A DNA stretch of 64,000 bases from an uncultured delta proteobacterium. GTDB lineage: Bacteria; Myxococcota; Myxococcia; SLRQ01. The stretch is from NCBI GenBank assembly GCA_963727485.1, contig CAVSGM010000011.1:672001-736000 (forward strand). The letters run 5' to 3'. The notes beneath the pieces were generated by a model, which did no database searches, was not told the origin of the DNA, and saw only the letters and a list, made by a program, of their open reading frames with translations. How positions within the stretch are numbered: position 1 is the stretch's first letter; each line of letters begins with the position of its first letter. The position numbers and the translations under genes were made by a program. This document shows positions 53,615 through 63,527 of this stretch, piece by piece.

Positions 53615-55642
53615 CTACGGGGATCCGGGGGTGAGGCGGAGGGCGCCGCCGGTGACGACCTCGGCGCGCCAGCCGGCGGGGAGCCAGGTGGTGGACGAGT
53701 ACTCGGTGATGACGGCTGGGCCGGCCACCCGTGCGCCGGCTGAGAGGGTCTCGCGGTCGATGAGGCGTGCGGCGGTGGCCGGCGGGTCTTCCGGAGAAGG
53801 GTCGCGCGGGCCCGAGTGGTCCGGCTGCCCGTCTCCTGCGTTGGCTCCGGCGACCGGCGTCGGGGGGGCCGGCGCCGGCCCGCGGACGCGCACGCGCGCG
53901 GCGACCCACTCGACGTCCCAATCGAGCCTCATGCCAAACGCGTCGCCGTGGGCCTGGTGGAAGGCCGCCACGGTACCGTGCAGCGCTTCGCTCACCGGCA
54001 CCGTCAGCTCGTACGACTGCCCGGCGTACCTCAGGTCCGCCAGCCGGGTGATCTCCAGGCCGTCGCGCGAGTGCCCCTCGGCCGCGAGCGCATCGACGAG
54101 GTCGCTCGTGAGCTGCTCATAGACCACTCGGACCCGCTCGGGATCCGCCAGCGTGCCCTCCGCGCTTGCGCGCACCAGCACACTCCGCGCCATCTCCCGT
54201 CCGGGCCGCGCCGCCAGCATCCCATACGCCGACAAGAGCCCCGGGTGCCTGGGCACCAGCACCCTCGGGATCCCCAGCGCCGCCGCCAGCCCGCACGCGT
54301 GCAGCCCCCCGGCGCCGCCAAACGTCACCAGCGCGAGGCGCCTGGGATCGTGCCCCCGCTCCAGGCTGATGCGCCGGATGGCCCGCGCCATCACCGCCTC
54401 GGCGACCCGGATGATCCCCTCGGCGCACGCCTCGACCGTGAGCCCCAGCGCCCCGGCGAGCGGCCCCACCGCCTCTCGCGCGGCGCCGGCGTCCAGCGAC
54501 ATCCCCCCACCGAGGAACCGGCTCGGCGGCAGCCTTCCGAGCACCACGTGGGCGTCGGTGACCGTGGGCTCCGTGCCCCCACGCCCGTAGCACGCGGGCC
54601 CGGGATCCGCCCCGGCGCTCTCGGGCCCGACCCGCAGCGCACCCCCGGCGTCCCGGCGCGCGACGCTCCCGCCCCCGGCGCCGACGGTGTGGACGTCCAG
54701 CAGCGGCACCCGGATGGGCACCCCGCCCACCTCGGCCCCGGTGGTCACCGCCGGCTCGCCTTCGACGAAGCACACGTCCGTGGAGGTCCCGCCCATGTCG
54801 AAGGTCACCAGGGCGTCCTCGCCGGCCAGCGCCGCCAGGTGCCCGGCGCCGACCACGCCGCCGGCGGGCCCGGAGAGGATGGTGTGCACCGCGTCGCCTG
54901 CGGCGCGCCCGGCGGAGAGCACCCCGCCGTCGGACTGCATCACCGAGAGGCGCGTCCCCCCGGGGCGGGCGCCCAGCGCCTCGGCGAGGCGCGTGAGGTA
55001 CCCGGCCATCTTCGGGGCCACGTAGGCGTTCACCGCGCAGGTGCTGGTGCGCTCGTACTCCCGGTACTCGGGGAGGAGCCGGTGGCTCACGGTCACCGGC
55101 ACGCCGAGCGCCGCCTCCAGGGCCTCGGCGAGGCGCGCCTCCTGGGTCCCGTCCCGGTAGCTGTGCAGCAGGACCACCGCCACCGACTCCGGGTGCCGGG
55201 CGTGCACCGCCCGCACCGCCCGGCCCACCTCGGCGTCGGTCAGCGGCAGGGGCTCGGTGCCGTCGGCGGCGAGGCGGCAGTGGACTCCCAGGCGCCGGTC
55301 GGTGGGGATCACCGGGGTGGGGCGCTCGACCCGCAGCGCGTGGAGCGCCGGCCGGTCCTGGCGCCCGAGCTCGAGGACGTCCTCGAAGCCGGCGTTGGTG
55401 AGGAGCACCGCCCTCGCCCCCCGGCGCTCGAGCAGCGCGTTGGTGGCCACCGTGGAGCCGTGGATCACCTCCGCCACCGGCGCGCCCGCGCGGCCCGCCG
55501 AACCGAGCACCGCCTCGAGGCCCTCGAGGACCGCCCGGGCCGGGTCGTCGGGGGTCGAGAGCAGCTTGTGGGTGAACAGGTGGTCCCCATCCACGAGGAT
55601 CACGTCGGTGAAGGTCCCGCCGGTGTCGACGCCGATGCGCAT
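53615..55642 (-). CDS. Hydantoinase A / oxoprolinase family subunit
   Basis: IGVDTGGTFTD, HGSTVATNA, REYERTST, DMGGTSTD, GAGGGS, FGGAG. Confidence 0.94.
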   Translation of the reverse strand: MRIGVDTGGTFTDVILVDGDHLFTHKLLSTPDDPARAVLEGLEAVLGSAGRAGAPVAEVIHGSTVATNALLERRGARAVLLTNAGFEDVLELGRQDRPALHALRVERPTPVIPTDRRLGVHCRLAADGTEPLPLTDAEVGRAVRAVHARHPESVAVVLLHSYRDGTQEARLAEALEAALGVPVTVSHRLLPEYREYERTSTCAVNAYVAPKMAGYLTRLAEALGARPGGTRLSVMQSDGGVLSAGRAAGDAVHTILSGPAGGVVGAGHLAALAGEDALVTFDMGGTSTDVCFVEGEPAVTTGAEVGGVPIRVPLLDVHTVGAGGGSVARRDAGGALRVGPESAGADPGPACYGRGGTEPTVTDAHVVLGRLPPSRFLGGGMSLDAGAAREAVGPLAGALGLTVEACAEGIIRVAEAVMARAIRRISLERGHDPRRLALVTFGGAGGLHACGLAAALGIPRVLVPRHPGLLSAYGMLAARPGREMARSVLVRASAEGTLADPERVRVVYEQLTSDLVDALAAEGHSRDGLEITRLADLRYAGQSYELTVPVSEALHGTVAAFHQAHGDAFGMRLDWDVEWVAARVRVRGPAPAPPTPVAGANAGDGQPDHSGPRDPSPEDPPATAARLIDRETLSAGARVAGPAVITEYSSTTWLPAGWRAEVVTGGALRLTPGSP

Positions 55643-55694
55643 GGCGCCGGGATGATACACGCTGGCCCCGGGCCTTCTGCTAGGATCCCCGGCG

Positions 55695-56135
55695 ATGCGA
55701 CCCGCGCGCCTCGCCGCCCTCGTGGCCCTCTGCCTCGCCGCCGGCTGTGCCCACGGTCGGGACTTCTACTTCGACCACCTCTCGGACCACGCCCGGGCCC
55801 AGTACGCGAAGTACCAGCAGTTCTTCACCGAGCACCAGAAGACCCACTACCTGCGCCTGAAGACCGACGACGCCCGGGACCGGTTCGTCGACGGCCTCCA
55901 CATCCCCGAGCGCCTGGCGAGGTACCCCAAGTTCGTCCGGGACGCCATCTGGGACCAGCGGGTGGTGGTGGGCATGGACGAGACCGCGGTGATCCTCGCC
56001 GTCGGCCCCCCGGACCGGGTGGACCACGGCGCCGACCCCGCGAGCCCCACGGTGGACCGGCAGGTGTGGACCTGGGACCGGCGCCACCTCACCGCGCACT
56101 TCGTCGACCACAAGGTCTCCGAGGTGGACCCGTGA
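55695..56135 (+). CDS. Hypothetical lipoprotein with SmpA/BamE-like C-terminal motif
   Basis: LAAGC lipobox; VVVGMDETAVILAVGPPD. Confidence 0.65.
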   Translation: MRPARLAALVALCLAAGCAHGRDFYFDHLSDHARAQYAKYQQFFTEHQKTHYLRLKTDDARDRFVDGLHIPERLARYPKFVRDAIWDQRVVVGMDETAVILAVGPPDRVDHGADPASPTVDRQVWTWDRRHLTAHFVDHKVSEVDP

Positions 56136-57010
56136 CCGGCGCCCTGGCCACCGTCTCCTTCGTGGCCGAGCTGGCCCCGGTCGCCCCCGACACCCTCGAG
56201 GGCGCCTACCTCCACCTGGGCGCCGTGGACCAGGCCCGGGCCGCCTTCGCCGCCCGCCTCGCCGACGAGCACCGGCGCCTCGAGGACCGCCGGGCCTACG
56301 TCCTCGGGAGCCTCTCCGCCGCCCGGCGCTTCCTCGACGACGACGCCCCCGAGGGGGGCGAGGGCCTGGTGGCCGTGGAGGACGAGACCCGGGGTCAGCT
56401 CGAGGCCGCCGCCCGGGAGGTCGAGGCCTGGGCCGAGGCCGAGGGCGCCGCCCTCGACGCCGCCTGGGACGCCGCCGTCTCCGCCGTGGAGGACCGGTGC
56501 GCCGCCTACCTCTCGCACCACGTCCCCGAGGTCCGGGTCACCGTCCACCGCCTCGCCGGGGGCCGGCGCATCGTCCACCTCGCCCGCCCCACCCGCGACG
56601 ACGCGGTCCTCCTCTGCGCGCTCCTCGCCGGGCGCCCGCCCCTGCGTCACGCCTTCCTCGAGGACGACGCGGTGGACGCCGTCGACGGTCCGGTGCACCT
56701 CGCCGTGCGCACCGGCGACGTCGATCCCGAGGCCGTCACCAACCGGGGCGCCGAGGCCGAGGACGCCCTCGCCGGCGCCAGCGCCCCGCGCCTCTTGCCC
56801 ATCCGCGCCCACCTCCCGGTGCACCTGCCCAAGGTCGAGTGGCCCCACCTGCGCCTCATGGCCCGGGGCCCGGTCCTCGAGCTCGAGGCCCGCGCCGAGG
56901 GGGCGCCCTATGAACACGTGGTCTCCGAGGCCGACGCCGAGCTGTTCACCGGCTACCTGGTGAGCCTCCGGGTCCGCGGCCGCCTCGCCGTCGAGGTGGA
57001 GATCGAGTAG
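56132..57010 (+). CDS. Hypothetical protein
   Basis: GTGA overlap with upstream gene; host-like codon usage; 3' part of ORF 53816..57010. Confidence 0.65.
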   Translation: MTGALATVSFVAELAPVAPDTLEGAYLHLGAVDQARAAFAARLADEHRRLEDRRAYVLGSLSAARRFLDDDAPEGGEGLVAVEDETRGQLEAAAREVEAWAEAEGAALDAAWDAAVSAVEDRCAAYLSHHVPEVRVTVHRLAGGRRIVHLARPTRDDAVLLCALLAGRPPLRHAFLEDDAVDAVDGPVHLAVRTGDVDPEAVTNRGAEAEDALAGASAPRLLPIRAHLPVHLPKVEWPHLRLMARGPVLELEARAEGAPYEHVVSEADAELFTGYLVSLRVRGRLAVEVEIE

Positions 57011-57049
57011 CCCCCGGGGCCCCCGAGGCCCTGGGCCCAAGGAGTCGCC

Positions 57050-57841
57050 ATGCGCCGCCTCGTCCTCGTCCCCCTCGCCGCCCTGGTGGCTGCCGCCTGC
57101 GGCCCCCTCGGCACCACCGGCGCCGGGACCCAGAAGCTCTCGGTGGGCACGGTGCTCGCCACCCCGCGCCTCGAGGACCCAGCCGGCAACCCCATCCAGG
57201 ATCCGGTGGTGAACGCCGACGTGTTCTACGGCGAGCGCGAGATTGGCGTCCTCCCCTCGACGCCCCCCACCGGCATCCCCGGCGCCAAGGTCACCGAGCA
57301 CCTCTTCGACGACGTCGCCGGCACCGTGAAGCAGGTCCCCTTGAACGACCAGCAGACCGGCCACTACACCGCCGACTCGACCGCCTCCCCGGACCTCGGC
57401 CCCTACGACGCCCAGGCCGAGTACCGCACCGAGATCGAGGACGACCAGCCGACCCCCTACGTCCTCGACGCCACCACCGTCCCCACCCCCGAGACCCCCC
57501 AGGGGGTGCCGGCGACCCAGCCGAGCGGCGTCGACCTCGACGTCCAGCGTACCGGCACCGACATCGCCTTCATCACCGTGTTCAACCTCGACGGCGGCAC
57601 CGCCACCGAGACCTGGACCAACCTCCCGGTCACCGAGGTCGACGCCCTGGGCACCATCGCCGACCCCAGCCCCTACCAGGCGGCGAGCTTCACCATCCCC
57701 GGGGGCCAGGCCTTCCCCACCGCCGGCACCTACGCGGTGGTCCTCTACTCCGTCGCCCGGCAGGTCCCCGACACCAGCCTCGGCGGCGGCTCGGGGATCT
57801 GGGTCGGCGGCGGCGCCGCGGTCGCCCTGACGGTCCAGTAG
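57050..57841 (+). CDS. Hypothetical acidic beta-rich lipoprotein
   Basis: GGAG RBS; LVAAAC lipobox; Thr/Asp-rich. Confidence 0.75.
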   Translation: MRRLVLVPLAALVAAACGPLGTTGAGTQKLSVGTVLATPRLEDPAGNPIQDPVVNADVFYGEREIGVLPSTPPTGIPGAKVTEHLFDDVAGTVKQVPLNDQQTGHYTADSTASPDLGPYDAQAEYRTEIEDDQPTPYVLDATTVPTPETPQGVPATQPSGVDLDVQRTGTDIAFITVFNLDGGTATETWTNLPVTEVDALGTIADPSPYQAASFTIPGGQAFPTAGTYAVVLYSVARQVPDTSLGGGSGIWVGGGAAVALTVQ

Positions 57842-57850
57842 GAAGGCGCC

Positions 57851-60406
57851 TTGGCCCTGCGGATCCAGGCGAAGCGGCGGCTCATCGCCCTCTCGGCGGG
57901 CCTGGTCTCGGGCCTGGTCTGCGCCGGCCTCGCCTTCGCCCACTGGCGGCCGCTGGAGCGCCTCGACCTCCTGGCCTACGACGAGCTGGCCCAGTTCGCC
58001 GAGGACCCGGGGCAGGCCGACAAGCAGGTCCTGCTGGTGCAGATCGACGACGAGAGCCTCGCCTGGGCCTCCCGGGAGCTGTCCGCGAGCTGGCCCTGGC
58101 CCCGGGAGTTCTACGGGGTGATGGCGCGGAGCCTGCGCCAGTGGGGCGCCAAGGTGGTGGGCTTCGACCTGGTCTTCGCCCAGAGCCAGGGCGACGGGTG
58201 GTCCGACCTCGAGTACTTCCGCGACGACCTGAAGCAGGCCGGCCACGTGGTCCTCGCCGCCTCGCTCTCCCGGGGGACGCCCACGCCGCCGCCGAAGGTC
58301 GACCACGGGGTGCGCCTCGGCCACTTCGCCACCGCCGCCGAGGCCCGGGACAAGGCGGTGGTCCTGGTGAGCTTCGGCCACCGGGCCTACGTGGCGCCTT
58401 CGGCGGGCGGGGGCTTCGACGTCTGGGCCGGGGGCTACGACACGGCGGACGGCGCCGCCGGGGCCATCGCCCGCATCGGCGCCGCCCTCCAGCCGGTGGC
58501 CCCGAAGCTGGTCCCCGACGCCAGCGCCGCTCTCGACCGCCCGGCCTTCGTCAAGGCCCTCACCGCCCGCCTCGTGCCCCGGGCGGGGACGGTCCCCGCC
58601 GGCGCCCGGCCGGTGACCGGCGCCGCGCTCCTGAAGGACCGCTTCGCCCTGGGCGCCTACTCGGCGGCGGACCTCGCCCGGCAGCGCCTCCCGGTCGCCG
58701 ACGTGGGCACCCTCCCGGCGGCCCTCTTCCTCGGCGCCGCCGGGGGCGTGGGGATCGTCGACGAGACCCCCGACCCCGACGGAGTCCTCCGGCGCTTCCG
58801 CCCCTTCACCGACTTCCAGGGCGCCCTCTACCCCTCGCTGCCCCTGGCCATGGCGCTGGCCGGCGACCCCGGGCACCCGAGGGCCCAGGTGGTCCCCGGC
58901 CTCGCCTCGGTGGGCCGCTTCCACCTGCCCGTCGACGCCGGGGGGGCGGTGGGCATCCGCTTCCACGGCGTCCACCCCTACGGCGGCGGGATGGGCGGCG
59001 GGATCCCCGCCTGGCGCATCCTCCACGACGCCGCCCTGGCCCAGGAGGGCAAGGCCGGCACCCTGGACCACCGCCTGTTCAAGGGCCGGTACGTCCTGGT
59101 GGGTCCCAAGGCCGCGGGCCTCCTCGACCACAAGCCCTCCCCGGTGAGCGGCGACCACCTCGGGGACGACATCAACGCCGCCGCCCTCGACGGCATCCTC
59201 ACCGGCCGCTACGTCCGCCGGATCCCCGACTGGCTGGCGGCGATCCTCTCGCTCCTGGTGGCGCTGGCCTCGGTGATCGCCGCCATGGCCGCCTCCACCC
59301 GCTTCACCCCCACCACCCGGGGCACCTTCGGCGAGGTCCTGCGCCTCTTCGCCCGGGCGCTCCTCACCGCCGGCGCCGCCATCCTGGGCTTCGCGCCGGT
59401 GCTGGGCCTCGCCTGGCTCCTCTACGCCCACGCCGGGTGGTGGACCGGCCTGGCGCTCCCGGGGGTCGCGGCGTTCGGCGGGGTGTCGCTCAACTACGTG
59501 GTCTCCGAGTTCCTCGAGCGCCGGGACCGCCGGGCGATCCACGAGGCCCTGGGCATCTACACCAGCACCCTGGTCGCCGACCTGGTGGCCTCGGGCGGGG
59601 TCCACGCCCTGGACCCCAGGCGCGACGAGGTCACGGTGTTCTTCTCGGACATCCAGGGGTTCACCAGCTTCTCGGAGAAGATGGACCCGGAGCGCCTCGC
59701 CACCCTCCTCGGCTACTACCTCACCGAGATGACCGACGAGGTCCTGGCCCACGAGGGGATTGTCGACAAGTACATCGGCGACGCGGTGATGGCCTTCTGG
59801 GGCTGGCGCGAGACCCAGCCCGACCATGCCCTGCGGGCGGTGCGCTGCGCCCTGGAGATGCAGGCGCGCCTGGCGCGCATCGGCCCGGCGATCCTCCGCG
59901 ACTACGACGTGCAGCTGGTCACCCGCATGGGCATCAACTCCGGCGCCGCGGTGGTGGGGAACCTGGGCTCGGAGCAGAAGATGAACGTCACCCTCATGGG
60001 CGACACGGTGAACCTCGCCAGCCGCCTCGAGGGGGCCAACAAGGCCTACGACACCCGGGTGATGATCGGCGAGGAGACCTGGCGGCGCCTGGACGGGGCC
60101 TTCGCCGTCCGCGAGCTCGACCTGCTGCGGGTCAAGGGCAAGGCGAAGCCGGTGCGGGTCTTCGAGCCGGTGTGCGAGCGCGGGGCCCTCGGGGACGACG
60201 ACCGGGCCTTCCTCGAGGCCTGGGAGGCGGCGCTGGCACGGTACCGGGACGCGGACTTCGCCTCGGCCCGGGCGGCCTTCGAGGCCCTCCGGGACCTGCG
60301 CCCGGACGACGGGCCCCTGAAGGTCTACCTCGAGCGCTGCGAGGCCTTCCTCGCCGCGCCCCCGCCCCCGGACTGGGACGGGGTCTTCGTCATGACCCAC
60401 AAGTGA
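57851..60406 (+). CDS. CHASE2-domain class III adenylate cyclase with SPOR-like insertion
   Basis: CHASE2 (IDDESL, WPWPR, GFDLVF, DPDGVLRR); TMs; FSDIQGFT, DKYIGD, TLMGDTVNLASRLE; C-terminal TPR-like tail ending DWDGVF. Confidence 0.92.
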   Translation: MALRIQAKRRLIALSAGLVSGLVCAGLAFAHWRPLERLDLLAYDELAQFAEDPGQADKQVLLVQIDDESLAWASRELSASWPWPREFYGVMARSLRQWGAKVVGFDLVFAQSQGDGWSDLEYFRDDLKQAGHVVLAASLSRGTPTPPPKVDHGVRLGHFATAAEARDKAVVLVSFGHRAYVAPSAGGGFDVWAGGYDTADGAAGAIARIGAALQPVAPKLVPDASAALDRPAFVKALTARLVPRAGTVPAGARPVTGAALLKDRFALGAYSAADLARQRLPVADVGTLPAALFLGAAGGVGIVDETPDPDGVLRRFRPFTDFQGALYPSLPLAMALAGDPGHPRAQVVPGLASVGRFHLPVDAGGAVGIRFHGVHPYGGGMGGGIPAWRILHDAALAQEGKAGTLDHRLFKGRYVLVGPKAAGLLDHKPSPVSGDHLGDDINAAALDGILTGRYVRRIPDWLAAILSLLVALASVIAAMAASTRFTPTTRGTFGEVLRLFARALLTAGAAILGFAPVLGLAWLLYAHAGWWTGLALPGVAAFGGVSLNYVVSEFLERRDRRAIHEALGIYTSTLVADLVASGGVHALDPRRDEVTVFFSDIQGFTSFSEKMDPERLATLLGYYLTEMTDEVLAHEGIVDKYIGDAVMAFWGWRETQPDHALRAVRCALEMQARLARIGPAILRDYDVQLVTRMGINSGAAVVGNLGSEQKMNVTLMGDTVNLASRLEGANKAYDTRVMIGEETWRRLDGAFAVRELDLLRVKGKAKPVRVFEPVCERGALGDDDRAFLEAWEAALARYRDADFASARAAFEALRDLRPDDGPLKVYLERCEAFLAAPPPPDWDGVFVMTHK

Positions 60407-60420
60407 TCTAGGATGCCGAC

Positions 60421-60939
60421 ATGACTCGTGGCATTGCCCTGGGGACGATCCTCACCGCCGCGCTCGTGGGGTGGGGGCCTGCCGGCGTCGCCCGCGCCGA
60501 CGGGGGGAAGACCGAGGCGCCCAAGACCGCCAAGGTCGCCGAGGTCCGGGCGTTCATGATGAACGCGCCCCGGCGCTTCGCCCGGACGGTGGCGGTGGTC
60601 CACGCCGGCGACGAGGTCCAGCTCGTCACCCAGGTCAAGGGCGCCGACTGGTTCCAGGTGCGCTTCAAGGGCAAGCGCGGCTACCTCCCGCTCCAGGCCC
60701 TGGCGTCGGGGGCCTACGGCCTCCGGGCGGGCTCGGGTCGCGGCGCCGCCAAGACCACGGGGAGCTCGGTGCAGCTCGCCGCCCGGGCCTTCGGGCCCGA
60801 GGTCGAGACGAAGTACCAGGGCGAGCACCCGCAGGTCGACTACCAGCTCGTGGATGCGGTGGAGGCGGCGGTCCCCACGCCCCACCAGGTCCAGCGCTTC
60901 GCCGCCGCCGGCGGGGTGAAGCTCGGGGACGGCAAGTGA
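60421..60939 (+). CDS. Exported SH3(b)-domain protein
   Basis: Signal peptide; VHAGDEVQL...DWFQVRFKGKRGYL. Confidence 0.75.
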   Translation: MTRGIALGTILTAALVGWGPAGVARADGGKTEAPKTAKVAEVRAFMMNAPRRFARTVAVVHAGDEVQLVTQVKGADWFQVRFKGKRGYLPLQALASGAYGLRAGSGRGAAKTTGSSVQLAARAFGPEVETKYQGEHPQVDYQLVDAVEAAVPTPHQVQRFAAAGGVKLGDGK

Positions 60940-61958
60940 AGCGCCTGGTGGTCCTCGCCGCGGCCCTCGCCGCGCTCCCGGGGTGCAAGATTGTCAGCGC
61001 CGCGGCCACCGGCATGGCCAACGGGGTCAACCAGATCGTCGCCAAGCCCTGCGAGAACGGCGTCGGCGGCAGTCTCCAGGGCTCCTGCGCGGGGATGAAG
61101 CAGGCGGCGGAGAACGATCCCGCCCAGGCCTGCACCCTCTTCACCCCCCTCGAGGGCTACTACATCGGCCGGAGCGCCACGGCCACGGTGCTCGCCACCA
61201 AGTTCGACAACCACGTGATCTGGCTCGACGGCCAGGGCGCGAAGGCCCGGCCCACGGTGGCGCTGCGCTACCTCGACGACCTCGCCTCGGTGATCATCGC
61301 CGCCGCCGAGCGCACCCGGAAGAAGGGCGCCGCCGAGCGCGACCCGGGGACCTTCCGGGTGGCGGTGGTCGACTCGGACGCCCCCAACGCCTGGTCCACC
61401 CCCGGCGGGTTCACGGTGATCACCACCGCGATGCTGCGCCTGGCCCACTCCGAGGACGAGGTGGCGGCGATCCTGGCCCACGAGATGGGCCACGTGGTCC
61501 TCTGCCACGGACTCAAGGCCATCGTCGCCGACCGCCGGCGCGCCGGCTACCGCCAGGCGGTGGAGAGCGCCGCCGAGGCCAGCGACCTCTCGTTCTTCGC
61601 CCACGCCCTCGGCGACTTCACCGACAGCGTGGTCACCGCCATGGACCGCGGCTACGAGCCCGACTGGGAGCTCGACGCCGACGCCCGGGCGGTGCGCATC
61701 CTCGAGGCGGCGGGCTACGATCCGAACGCCCTGAAGACCGTCATCGCCCGGCTCCAGACCTGGCACACGGCCCACAAGTCCGAGAAGAGCATGGCCGACA
61801 CCCACCCGCCGGCGACCGAGCGCGAGAAGGCCATCGGCAACCCCCCGTCGCCCCAGGTGTCGAAGCGCGCCGAGGCGGTGCGGGCGAGGCGCTTCCACCG
61901 GGACCTCCAGGTGCCGCTGGCGAAGCTGGCGGGTGACAAGGCGACCGCGCGCCGGTAG
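60936..61958 (+). CDS. M48-family metalloprotease lipoprotein
   Basis: GTGA overlap; ALPGC lipobox; PNAW..PGG, AHEMGH, ELDAD, THPP. Confidence 0.9.
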   Translation: MKRLVVLAAALAALPGCKIVSAAATGMANGVNQIVAKPCENGVGGSLQGSCAGMKQAAENDPAQACTLFTPLEGYYIGRSATATVLATKFDNHVIWLDGQGAKARPTVALRYLDDLASVIIAAAERTRKKGAAERDPGTFRVAVVDSDAPNAWSTPGGFTVITTAMLRLAHSEDEVAAILAHEMGHVVLCHGLKAIVADRRRAGYRQAVESAAEASDLSFFAHALGDFTDSVVTAMDRGYEPDWELDADARAVRILEAAGYDPNALKTVIARLQTWHTAHKSEKSMADTHPPATEREKAIGNPPSPQVSKRAEAVRARRFHRDLQVPLAKLAGDKATARR

Positions 61959-61968
61959 GAAGACGGCG

Positions 61969-62715
61969 ATGGATCTGCCCAAGTGGTTCGGAGGCAAGCT
62001 CACCGGCGCGTCCCTCGGCCTGGCGGTCGGGGGGCCGGTGGGTGCGGCGGTGGGCGCGGTGCTCGGCCACGCGGTGGATCACCTCAACCGCCCGGAGGAC
62101 CCGAGCCCGATGGCCAGTAGCGACCCGCGCCTGCACTTCGCCACCCACCTGGTGGCCCTCTTCTCGGCGCTGGCCCACAGCGACGGGCCGGTGCGCCGGG
62201 AGGAGGTGGCGGTCATCCGCGCCTTCTTCCGGGACGAGCTGCGCCTCGGCGAGTCGGACCTCCAGGTCATCCGCCAGCTCCTCAAGGCCTCGCTCTCCCA
62301 GGACGTCGACGTCGCCGAGGCCTGCGGCTACTACCGGGCCCACTCCCGCCCCGCGGAGCGTCACCTCTTCGTCCAGGCCCTCTACGAGCTGGCGCTGGCC
62401 GACGGGGACATGACCCAGGGGGAGCAGGCCTTCATCAACGGGGTGGTGGTCCACCTGGACATCAGCGAGGCCGATCACCACGCCATCCGGACCCTCTTCT
62501 TCAGCGAGCCCAGCCTCGAGGCCGACTACGCGCTGCTGGCGGTGGAGCCGGGGGTCGACGACGTGGCGCTGAAGAAGGCGTTTCGCACCCTGGCCGCGCG
62601 CCACCACCCGGACAAGGTCACCCACCTGGGGCCCGACGCGGTGGCCCTCGCCGGCCGGCGCTTCGCCGAGATCAAGGCCGCCTACGACCGCATCCGGGTC
62701 GCCCGGGGCCTCTGA
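61969..62715 (+). CDS. djlA: DjlA-like co-chaperone (TerB-like plus J domain)
   Basis: N-terminal Gly-rich TM; AHSDG and ALADG TerB motifs; HPD in J domain. Confidence 0.82.
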   Translation: MDLPKWFGGKLTGASLGLAVGGPVGAAVGAVLGHAVDHLNRPEDPSPMASSDPRLHFATHLVALFSALAHSDGPVRREEVAVIRAFFRDELRLGESDLQVIRQLLKASLSQDVDVAEACGYYRAHSRPAERHLFVQALYELALADGDMTQGEQAFINGVVVHLDISEADHHAIRTLFFSEPSLEADYALLAVEPGVDDVALKKAFRTLAARHHPDKVTHLGPDAVALAGRRFAEIKAAYDRIRVARGL

Positions 62716-62720
62716 CGCCG

Positions 62721-63512
62721 ATGGCCCAGCCCCCCGTGTCCCAGGTCCCGGACCCCACCGTGGCCCCGGCGGATCCCGCCGAGCGCCGCCGCCTCCTCCG
62801 GGAGGGGCTGTGGGTCTGGGGCTTGAGCTTTGCCCTCCTCATGGTGGGCAGCTACGTCGTCGGTCCGGCCGTCCCCTGGGTGGCGAACAACCTGAAGACC
62901 GTGGCGGTGCTCGTCTTCCTCTACCTGCCCGGGTGGCTCCTCTGGAAGCGCGGCGAGACCTTCGCCGACTACGGGCTGACGCTGAAGCACTGGAAGCGGG
63001 ACGTGTGGCTGGCCCTCAAGCTCTCGCTGGTGATCTTCCCGGTGTTCATCCTGCTCTTCTGGGGCTTCGTGCTGGTGCTCACCCACGTGCCCGAGCCCTG
63101 GCGCAGCGATTCGGCGCCCTACACCCAGGGCCTGAACCCGGGCCTGCGCCTGCCGCCGCACTTCCTGCTCCTGGTGCTCACCCACTTCCTGGTGGTGGCG
63201 CTCCCCGAGGAGTTCTTCTATCGCGGGTTCATCTACGCCCGGCTGGCGGCGGGCTTCGACGAGCTGAAGCGGGCGAAGTGGATCTTCGGGATCCCCGTGG
63301 GCCCGGCGTTCTGGCTCACCGCGGTGCTCTTTGCGCTGGGGCACCTCACCGAGCCCTACCCCTGGCGGCTGGCGGTGTTCTTCCCGGCGCTGGTGTTCAT
63401 GTGGCTGCGGCTCAAGACCGGGACGATCGTGGGGGACACGATCTTCCACGCGTTGTCGAACCTGACGGTGGCGGTGCTCGAGGCGTGCTTCTTCGGGCAC
63501 CTGGGGCACTGA
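62721..63512 (+). CDS. CPBP glutamic-type intramembrane protease (myxobacterial MrtC-like)
   Basis: EEFFYRG, FALGH, RLAVFFP, FHALSN. Confidence 0.85.
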   Translation: MAQPPVSQVPDPTVAPADPAERRRLLREGLWVWGLSFALLMVGSYVVGPAVPWVANNLKTVAVLVFLYLPGWLLWKRGETFADYGLTLKHWKRDVWLALKLSLVIFPVFILLFWGFVLVLTHVPEPWRSDSAPYTQGLNPGLRLPPHFLLLVLTHFLVVALPEEFFYRGFIYARLAAGFDELKRAKWIFGIPVGPAFWLTAVLFALGHLTEPYPWRLAVFFPALVFMWLRLKTGTIVGDTIFHALSNLTVAVLEACFFGHLGH

Positions 63513-63527
63513 GGGGGGCCGAGGCGG

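Noticed and set aside
55847..60400. 1517-aa minus-strand ORF, and similar long Arg/Pro/Gly-rich ORFs such as 32079..35552 and 33206..35875
   Set aside because: Shadow frames overlapping well-supported genes.
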